NCBI GenBank assembly: GCA_030704615.1
Contig: CM060731.1
Coordinates: 82,956,001-83,020,000 of the forward strand
DNA: 64,000 nt
DNA from: Takakia lepidozioides
Taxonomy: Eukaryota; Plantae; Bryophyta
Direction of reading: 5' to 3'
Numbering within the stretch: position 1 is the first letter of the stretch; every line of letters starts with the position of its first letter. Under the pieces are notes generated by a model that ran no database searches, was not told the DNA's origin, and worked only from the letters and a program-made list of their open reading frames with translations. Below are positions 1 to 9,533 of this stretch, piece after piece. The position numbers were made by a program, and so were the translations under genes.

Positions 1-282
1 GTAAGCTGTGTCAGGCTGTGTCGGCTGTGACTCGTTGTGACGGACTGTGGCTGTGCGAGTGTCAGTGTTGTGATTGGCTGTACGACTGTGTTGGGCTGTC
101 GGCTGTGTCGGCGTGACGGCTGTGTCTGGCTGTGACGGGCTGTGTCGGGCTGTACCCCCCCCCCTCCCCTAAAGTGCGCTGCTGTCACCCCTAAGGCTCC
201 TGTTGGTCTCAGTCTGCGCAAAAATTAAGGGTACCCCCACAGAACCCGTAAAAGCGTCTAAGTCCCAAGCAGCCCTCTAACA
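1..282 (-). repeat. 3' LTR of family A copy 1 (partial), with CTGTG/CACAG minisatellite
   Basis: Begins TGTTAGAGGG at 282 on the minus strand, directly after a polypurine tract. The same terminus occurs at 16811, 18142, 19556 and 26812. Confidence 0.9.
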
Positions 283-308
283 TTTACCCCTCCCCCTCTC
301 AAAAAGCC
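283..308 (-). other. Polypurine tract (PPT) of family A copy 1
   Basis: Minus strand GGCTTTTTGAGAGGGGGAGGGGTAAA abuts the LTR TG. Equivalent tracts lie at about 16786-16810 (+) and 19557-19581 (-). Confidence 0.85.
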
Positions 309-324
309 ATGTCCTCACGATTTA

Positions 325-3300
325 CTATTTGGGATTAGCAAACCTTTGTGAGCGAGCACCCTTCTGACGGTGAGAGTCTCGTGAAGGACTCCGTGTGCGA
401 GCCCGAGTCCTGTCACTGGTTGACGACGGAGATGATTGAGCACTACCTGGAAATGTCAGTCCCTCATTTGGCTGATATCGTGGTAACCTCTCAGGCATAG
501 GAGATCCCCGTCGTTTCTTCTCTGCCATCTGAATTGCGTAGTCTTCTGCCATGTCAAAAGAGTCCGCTGAAGAAACAGTAGTATCAGAGTCTTCGTCGCC
601 CCTCAGGTGTTTTAACGGTCGAACTCTAACTGGAATCCGTTGGGGCATACAATGTGGTCCCACCATGTCTGGAAGTTTACACTGTTCAACCTGCTGTAAG
701 CTCTTAATGGCAAAATTGGTGAACACCCTGAACTCCTTGTCCGTATAGGTGAGTGGTGTGCCAATGACTTGGGAACAGTGCAAGTATTTCCATGCCTCAT
801 GGCCCTTAAAGAAAATATCGTCAGGGCCAAATTTTTGTGTTGTCAAATTGTTCCAAACCGAATGAAACCATGAACGAAGTTGGGAATCCTTCTGCATCAT
901 AACCTTTGCATCATATAGGTACATATGAGGTGGCATTGAAGGTAAGACCCAATGATCCCCACTGGAATAACTCAGAAATCGCGATTGCATCTTCTGCTGC
1001 TCAATGTGATAACGTGCCAGAAAACAAGCAGCATAGTATAACCCGCAGCCCATGACAATACTTGCTACCTCCTTTGGTCTTGGTATAAATGTACCCCATG
1101 TACAACCTGGAAGGCAATTAATTCCTTCAACATGGTACTTGCTTCATGCCAGAACCTCGCAAAGTGATGCAGGAGTTGCGGGCCATGTGCACTAGACGTC
1201 CAACCTGCCTGCCAACCAGCCTGGTGTCTAGGGTATTTGAACACCAGGCTGGGACTCAGTCTTCAAACAGTCTGCTGTGCCAGCCAGCAGACCAAACCTG
1301 GCTGACCAGTGAGCCTCATGCGGTTTGCCCATCAGACTGGCCATTCTCAGCACGGTGGACTCTCATTACGAACCTTAGTCCTAGTTGCCACTGGCAGCCA
1401 AATGCGCATGATCTGGTAGTAATGTGCCAACGACTGCGGAGGACTAAATTCCTTCCAAGCCAAATCCAACACAATGGGAATTTGGTTGAAGGGCATAATC
1501 ATAGTCTGACTATACTCCCGTGCAGCAGGAGTCCTAGGTGGGTTAAAAGCAGCATCCCCCCATACCTCAGGCTGTGGCGGTTGTGGTCTGGCTGTAGTAA
1601 CAACAGGGTCAGCTACCGGCACAGTCACTTGTTGTGGTATTGGTAATACTGGCCCTTCCACCACTGGCATCTCCTGCACCCCTTGCGAAGAAGACTGAAA
1701 AATTAGAGTTCTGGCTTGTAATTAAGTAGCCATCAGCTGCTCCTCAGGTACAAAGACTCTCTTATCAATATTTGAAGTCAGGTCCTCCACCTGAGTCTGC
1801 AGGCCGTCTACATCCTCCTTTAGCTCCGCTATCCTACTATAGACATTGTCTATAGTAGTTGTGGCAATGTTCTGCACCTGCAGTCTGAGCTCATTCATCT
1901 CGCCTTGGGTGAGCTTCCGTGGTGCTTTGCCTTCCACCGGCCCTTGTGCTAACCAGATCTGCATAAGGTGGTTATCCACCAAGTTGTGTGTGGCACCCCT
2001 AAGAGTCTGCTCCTCTGTGAGCCTGTACACATCTAATTGCTGCTGTAAAGCCTCCATGCGCTTTGCATGAGGTTCAACCAAACTCGCATAGGCAGCAGCC
2101 AAATTATTAGCTTCCTTCCAAGCCTTGTTAGCCACAGAGAGTTCATTTCTATTGACCATGACTGTTTGTTGCAATTCCAGGATGTACCTTTCCTTGTCAG
2201 CTTCAACCTGCCTGTATTGCTTGAAAGTATTCTCATTGCGACAGATTGTATTCTTCATATCAATAATGAGTTTCGTCTGCTCGACATTCTCTGCCTCTGC
2301 CTTCATTAATAGCTCCCCTTGTCTGTTAACTTCTAATGTAGTTTGCTGAAGAGTAGTTGTGAGTGTAGCACATTGTATGGCCATCCTCTCATATACTGTG
2401 TGCAACTCCGTATGTAGTGCATTCACTTCTTGCAACTTGCTCTCATGCTTCACCTGCATTTGGTATAACTGTTGCTTATGTGCTTCGTGCAACTGGTCCT
2501 GCGCGAGGCCTGCTTCAATCAAATGTTCCTTGGCCAACTGCAAAGCAGCTTTTGTATCCTTGAACTCTTGCTGTAACTTGAGAGTGACCTCCTCATCAAC
2601 CTTGTTTGCACACTCAGTGGCAAGTCGAGCCTCAAACTCCTTCCTGAGTTCCTCCCTCAAAGCTGCCAATTGGGTAGATGGAACATGGGATTTCACATAA
2701 GTGCCCAACAAATTAAGTGTCCTGCTTATGGAACTCATAAGCATGGCTGCTGAGGGTCATCATGGTGAGCTTGCTGCTGTTCTCCCCCTGATCCTCAACA
2801 GTGTGATGCCTCACGAACCATTCAGGCCATTGCCCCACCAGATTTTCTTCCTGACCACCTCATCCGCACAGGTGCTGCAGTGTCTTGATATTCTACCCTG
2901 GTACCTCCGTCACAGGTGTGGGTATTACATGCACAGCAGGGTTTTTCCCTGGAACCTCTGCACCTTTGGAATCACTGATTCCCTTACCAAGCCAGAGTTT
3001 TCATAGAGAAGGTCACCCTTCTCAATTTCGGCCACGACCTGCTGTAGTGGGAATGTCCAACCTTTCTCCTTCTTGAGCAATTGGTGGTGATGCCACAGCA
3101 TATACTAGTTGTGGAACCTCCAAAACAAGAGTCAATGGTTGTGGTGGCTGTGGTATCGAAGTGACTTCCTCTTCCCTCTCTGAAGGCCCTGCTTCCAATA
3201 GTAGCAGCTCTTTGTGCTGTTGTGCCCCCTTCCTGCACAAGAGCTTGGGAAACATTATCATGTGGTTTCCGTGAAGCCAGTGGATCCGCCACCAGTGCCT

Positions 3301-3902
3301 CTGTCTCTTAGACTGGTGTTGCGCTGCCAGTCCACCCTCACTGTGTGAAGAGCCTTGCTCTTCAATTGCAGTGGTTTCTGCTCAAACACTCCCATCTCCT
3401 TTCTTTCCCGAGTATCAAGTATGCAAGAATCAAGAATTATTTGAGCAATGATTGGACCGGACACAATGATCGGAGACTTAGCAGCAGTGCTCTGTAACCT
3501 CTTCATCTCGTCCACCAATCCGTTGTACATTAACTCCGCCCAAGCGACATCCTCTCCCCTTAAAGCTTTCAGGATCTCCTCTGTGAATGACCTGCTCAAA
3601 TACTGTTGGTTCTGTTTCATGGCAAACAGAACGTTCAAGATTTGGCCAACTTCTCTAAGCCCTGGGTACTCGGCTTTGGTACAAGCAAAACCTTGAGTTT
3701 TAAATAAACTCCCTTCTTGGAACAAATTCCCTATCTGCAATCTTGCCCTGTGCTCATCCACATCCACATGTCCTGATGGCAAATCAAACAATTGCTGCAG
3801 GTACTGGGGAGTAATTTCTATATCTACTCCCCTCACCTGAGTAAGTATTGTCCGAGGCTCAAAGTTCCAAAGAAATTGTATCATGAACTGCCTATGATGC
3901 AA
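325..3902 (-). pseudogene. Large extra 3' ORF of family A (N-terminal plant-retroelement domain, low-complexity linker, long coiled coil, conserved C-terminal domain), frameshifted
   Basis: ORF pieces 3258-3902 (TQVRGVDIEIT...WAELMYNGL), 3022-3261, 1722-2744 (heptad-rich), 1347-1679 and 325-1053 are collinear with homologues in copies 2 and 3. Confidence 0.75.
1170..1369. other. About 200 bp foreign insertion in the extra ORF of copy 1, with a 12-bp perfect hairpin
   Basis: Absent from copies 2 and 3, where about 25 bp of coding sequence sits instead. Stem CCAGCCTGGTGT (1216-1227) pairs with ACACCAGGCTGG (1241-1252). Confidence 0.75.
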
Positions 3903-4296
3903 GGACCAGTCCTTGCGTAGTATGGTTGGCGCAGAATGAAATGGGTAAGTGCTTGTAAGCCTGTGGGGCTTGCAAGTATCGATTTAGAGAAAAGGTACTC
4001 TCCGCTCGTCTGTCCTTGTGCCACTGCGTAAGTAGTAATGCGAGTGTGTAGTCTGTTATTTCCGCCATAGCGTCAAAGCTATAGCTTTGATTGTCTCTCC
4101 CGTCGAGACGCCCGTTACATGGAACGACGCCGACTCTTGCGCTCAGAATCCCTCTAAATTCTTGATTTTGCTTCTTGGAAAATACCCTGTGCAGGTAATT
4201 CTGGCTCATGATTGGCTGTTGACTCTGTGATTGGTTTTGTAATTTAATTCCCTTCCGTGGATTTTCCCCCCTGGACTGTCCACTAGGATAGCACAT
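3892..4296 (-). CDS. Small conserved ORF between pol and the extra ORF (unknown function)
   Basis: YSFDAMAEITDYTLALLLTQW is matched by YSFEAMEELTNYTLVILLTQW at about 12987-13049 in copy 2, despite divergent flanks. Confidence 0.4.
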   Translation of the reverse strand: MCYPSGQSRGENPRKGIKLQNQSQSQQPIMSQNYLHRVFSKKQNQEFRGILSARVGVVPCNGRLDGRDNQSYSFDAMAEITDYTLALLLTQWHKDRRAESTFSLNRYLQAPQAYKHLPISFCANHTTQGLVLAS

Positions 4297-4562
4297 GTGG
4301 GCATTGGTTTCCCTTTTCTGAACTCGAAAAGGGTTCCGTTACCCTGGCACTGAATGCATTAATGGGCCCACAATTAATTGCCCGGGTAGGTACTTTGACG
4401 GCCAATTTTGTCTTCTTTCTTGATGACACCCGTTTGCATTCATGCCCGGCTGTGTGTCTCGCCCTGGCGTCCACGTGTCCATTTTTAAACCTGCCTCCGT
4501 CCACTTTTCCGCCGGCCACTCTCCGGATGTTAACCCACGTCCACCTGTCACTGATCCTATGG

Positions 4563-4725
4563 ACTGTGTAACCCTGATAGGCTGTGTTGAGCTGTGACAG
4601 GCTGTGTGGCAATGTGATGGGGTGTGATAGGCTGTGATGGGCTGTGATAGGCTGGATGGTGATACTGTGTCACGCTGTGTTGGGCTGTGATAGGCTGTGC
4701 CACACTGTGATGGCCTGTGATAGCC
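4563..4725 (-). repeat. Internal CACAG-based (about 10-bp period) minisatellite just after integrase
   Basis: Repeated ggctgtgata/ggctgtgt units. The counterpart is at 12281-12525. Confidence 0.85.
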
Positions 4726-4769
4726 GCTTGTACTGCCCGCCCTGGTCATATACGCTCGGCTTAGCGACA

Positions 4770-7700
4770 AGTGCTCCATACTCCGTTGGTATCACTGGCG
4801 CAGCCCGTGACTGCTTCAACATGCAAATCATGCTACAATGGTTTGTCATGGATACCACTGTACCCCTTCAACTTATTGGCATTGACTCTTCCCAGCATCT
4901 CCTTGTTAATGGTTTGTAACATGGCTGTGTTGTTATCATACATCTTCTGTATGACATAAGGTCCTTTCCATGGTGATTTAAGTTTAGAAGCTTTAATCTT
5001 CCCCTTCTTCTGCAACCAGAGAACCAAATCTCCCGTCTTAAAAGTCTTTCTTTGCCTTCATCAAACTGTTCCTTCCTCTTCATCTGAATTTTGGTCATGT
5101 TATCAGCTGCATCAGCACGTACTTCTTCCACATGGTATAATTCATGTTTCCTGACCTTAATTGAATCTTGCAATTCCATTCTCTTTCCCCATTCCGTTCT
5201 CATGGTAGGTAACAAGAATTCCACTGGAAGTAAAGCTTCCATACCATAACTAATTGGAATGGTGTATACTTAGTGGTGACTTTATATGAAGTCCTGTATG
5301 ACCACAAAGCTGTCAGCAGCTTTGTATCCCAATCCGTTCTGTTTGCATTGACTATCTTAGCCAAGATAGTACATAGTATTTTGTTGGTAGCCTCTGCCTG
5401 CCCATTACCCTGTGGGTAATACGTTGTACTCTTCCTATGCACAATCATGAACTCTTTAGTCAATAGTTCAATGGTCTCATTAATGAAGTGACTTCCCTGA
5501 TCACTGATAAATTCCAAGGGACAGCCAAATCGTGTAAGTATGTTCTCATACAGGAACCTTGCTGTGGACTTGGCTGTGTTGTCCCTCAAAGCTTTAGCTT
5601 CCACCCACTTCGTAGTATAATCAGTGGCTGTAATTATGTACTTGTTCTGTGTATTCTTGGCCGGTGGGTTAATTGGTCCAACAAAGTCTAGTCCCCATTT
5701 CTGAAATGGTTCAGTAGGCATCGTAGGATGCAAAGCCATCTTCCCAGATCTCTGCAAAGGTCCTAGCCTCTGACATTCATCACAACTCTGACAATACTTG
5801 TGTACATCCTTGAACAAAGTAGGCCACCAGTAACCTGCAAGTAGTATCTTCCTACTGGTAGTCTCTTCTCCAAAATGTCCTCCAGCCACTCCTTTATGAA
5901 CTTCCTCCAAAACTTTATTTACTTCATGGTGGTACAAGCATCGTTTAAGTACTCCATCAGGTCCTAGCTTATACATTCTGCCCCTACCATAGTATAAGGT
6001 AAAGCCTTGATAGCGATTCTCTTCCTCTGCTCCTTACCATAACTAGGTGGGCACTGACCATGAGTAAGGTAGTATCTGATTGGCCACTGCCAATCTAACC
6101 ATTCATCTGCACTTCCTTGCACCTCCATTGCAAATAAACTCGCATCAGGTAATTGGTCGTCTACTCCTGTGGCGGCCTCTCCTGTTGTTAGGCGTGACAA
6201 ATGATCTGCCACAAGATGCAAACGGCCAGGCTTGTAAACAACTTCGAACTCAAACTCGTGCAAGATTATTAACCACCTCGCTATCCTTCCACTTATCAAA
6301 GGTTTGTTCACCAGATATATCAGAGCCTGGTGATCCACATAAAACATAAACTTTCTTCCCAATAGGTAATGCCTGAATTTCTTGACTGCATAAATCATTG
6401 CCAGTGCTTCTCTTTCAGTTGTGCTATAGTTCCTTTCAGCACTGTTCATCAACCTGCTAGCATAGTACACAGGTGAATCTATATTTCCTGTAACATTTTG
6501 GGCTAACACCGCTCCCAACGCTTCTCCTGAGGCATCACAGTGAACATGAATACTACATGCCAGTGAGGGTTAATCAGCACAGGTGTAGTTGTTACTGACA
6601 ATGTAAGTTCCTCAAAAGCCTGTTGACATTCAGCTGTCCATGCAAACACTGCATCTTTCTTCAGAAGCTTGCTCAATGGTGCTGCTATCTGTGCATACAT
6701 TTTGACAAATCTTCTGTAATAATTGGTTTGTCCAAGGAATCTCCTTAAACTCTTAACATTTACTGTGTGGTGAGGCTTTAATGGCCTCTGTCTTCCTGGG
6801 ATCCAAGAAGTCCCCTCTACACACAATTTGTCCCAAAGCACCCCTGAGTTCACACACAGAAGTACACTTCTCTGGATTCAGGCCCAGACCTCTCATTCTG
6901 CATCTGGCCAAACATAACTCCAATTTATGCAAGTGCTCATTCTTAGAGCTGTACACACTGAAATCATCCAAGAACACCTGCATGAAATCATCCAGATACT
7001 CATGAAAAGATTCACTTATCACTCTCTGAAAGGTTGCTGGTGCATTACAAAGTCCAAAAGGCATGACTTTGTATGCATAAGCACCCCAGTCTGTGATGAA
7101 AGCCGTCTTTCCCTGGTCTTCTTCTGCCACTTGCACTTGATTATAACCACTGAAGCCATCCATGAATGAGTACATCTCATGGCCTGCCACAGTGTCCAAT
7201 ACCGCTTCTGTGAATGGCAAAGGGAAAGGATCTTTCTTCGTGCAAGCATTCAACTTCTTATAGTTCACACAAACTCTCAGTTTACCATTCTTCTTGGGAA
7301 CTATCACAATGGGTGACAACCAAGTTGTATACTCTATCGGGTATATAAACTTAGCCTCACCCAACTTCTTGATCTCTTCTCCAACCTTCTGTGCATAGTT
7401 GGGATTCATTCTGTACCTTGCCTGTTTGATTGGTACTGACCCTGGTTCCAGTTCAATCTTATGCTGACAGATCTCAAGTGGTATCCCTTTTAGATCCTCA
7501 TAGCTCCAAGCAAATACATCTCTGTATTTGATGAACAAACTCTTAGCTTCCTCAAAGAATTCTGGCTCCAAATCAGCCCCTACCTTCACCATCCTCGGTT
7601 CCTCTTCAGTTCCCACATTCACTTCTCTCACCTGCTCATCAGCTGTGATTGTCCAACCAGTCACCACTTCATCCTGTAAACTCACAGTGGCTGGTTCCTC

Positions 7701-8549
7701 TAGGATTTCCATTTCTCCTTCTCTTTCTTCATAAAAATGTGGTGGGTAACTGCTTATTTCACCTTCAATTGGTGTTGCTGACACTACACCACAGCAGATA
7801 CCTCTTAAACAACTTAGGCCTTCCAGCCGCATCTCTGCAACCTGCTCCCACTCTGGGTGTGCAGCCAACAGGGTAGCTTCCTGCTCCTCATCCAGTCCTA
7901 CTCTCTGACCCCTCGAGGTCTTCTCGTAGCAGGTAATCTACTAGATTTCTTTGTGGTAATTTGTATCTCGTGCATCCCATTATGCACGGTTAGTAACTGA
8001 GAATTCCAGTCATGGAATACCCTGGCCTGTTTCAGCCACGGACGTCCCAATAATAAGGAGTAAGCCTCCATGACTTCATCCATCTTCAACACAGGTACTG
8101 TGATCATAAAGATCATCTTCTGTATCTGTATCTTAACTCCTCTTATTAATCCCAATGGTTGTACACTCCTTTGATCTGCCATTGTTACTGTAAATGGGGC
8201 TGGTTTCATGTTACTTAGACCAAGCTTCTTTCCTTAATTGGTCTGTCATGATATTTACTCCAGAGCCTCCATCTATCAGTACATCAGTTAGTTCTGTGCT
8301 TCCAATTCTCAATTGGATTACTGGCATAGAATCATCAAAGTCCATGACTGTTTCTCGCCCTTCCGGCTTCACATTATAACTGGTTACCTTGCTGTTCAGG
8401 TCTGTGTTTCCTGTCTCCTGGGCAATTTGATTGATTGCTTGATACAGCCTGTGTCTACAATAAGGTGCCACAGCCAATAGCTGTCCAATGGTAATCTCTG
8501 CTTTGGTCTGGCATATTACTTCAGCCAAAGTCCCTTCATTACTTTGCAT
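4770..8549 (-). pseudogene. pol (aspartic protease, RT, RNase H, integrase with GPY/F motif), frameshifted
   Basis: Motifs seen: VLIDGGSGVN (PR); MPFGLCNAPATFQR and FLDD (RT); YSTTEREALA and YVDHQAL (RH); H..GHFG..CDEC, WGLDFVGP, ISDQGSHF and GQAE (IN); WKGPY. Confidence 0.95.
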
Positions 8550-8576
8550 GTCTGCATCTTCTTTCTTCCTTCATCC

Positions 8577-9533
8577 TCACTCACTTCTTCTTCCATCAGA
8601 ATCAGAGGAATCTGCCATAGGAATATCAGTACTCTTCTGCATTTCCCTTATGGTATCTGCCACTTCCTTGTGCAGTTCCTTCTCATCCCTCCAAGCCTCA
8701 TCATCTTCAGGCACATCACTGCCATCTTCATTTTCATCATCTTCCTCAACTACTGGAGGTATTAGTTTGGCTTTGCTTCTCGTTACTATCATTGTACTTA
8801 CTTCTGGTACAACACATGGCCTAACCATGTGAGCTGCCACCACTGGGCCCTCATTCACAGGAGCTCTCATCTCATTCTGGTGTCTAATCCAGAATGAACA
8901 GGCTGCCTTGCAATGTCCTGGCTGATTACAATAGTAACACAGTTCTTCACCATTGGGTCCCCGCCCTTGGTCTGCTCTAGGATTATTTCTGTAATCCTGA
9001 TTCCCTGGCTGATAATTCCCCCTTGGATTGCCCTGATAGTTGGCCCTGGAATTTCCTTGGTAATTCCCTCTTGGATTACCTCTCCCTTCCATACCATTGT
9101 TATAACCACCAGGCCTACCATAGTGGTCCTGATCACTGTTTCTTCTTGGTTGGGGCTGCACTTGATGCACCCTTACTTGCCTAGGTTCTCTAGCTGCTGT
9201 CCTTCTGTTGTAGTAACAATTCTCAGTAGAATGGTTATCCATTTTACAGATAATACAGTGTTTCTCCTTCATGTGGCATTCAGTGGTGGTATGGCCTTCA
9301 TTCTGGCACTTTGCACACCAAACACCCTTCCTCCAATGTGTTGCAGCCTCTGTGGCATACTTCTTCAAGATTTCTTCTAATCTTTTCTCATAGTTATCCC
9401 TCTTCAACTTCTCCTTTCTCTTACTCTTCCTTTTCAGTTCTTGCTCTTCTTCTTCATCTGACTCATCCTCAGAGTCCTCAATCATCCCTTTTCTCTCTCC
9501 TGAGCATTCCCAATTGCTCAATTCTGTTTGCTG
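8577..9533 (-). pseudogene. gag C-terminal half with three CCHC zinc knuckles (5'-truncated at the 9534 junction)
   Basis: CAKCQNEGHTTTEC, CIICKMDNHSTENC and CYYCNQPGHCKAAC, with a GN/RG/YQ-rich spacer before the third knuckle. Confidence 0.85.

Noticed and set aside
325-3902. Calling the extra ORF an envelope (env) gene
   Set aside because: The position fits, but I see no signal peptide or convincing transmembrane anchor.
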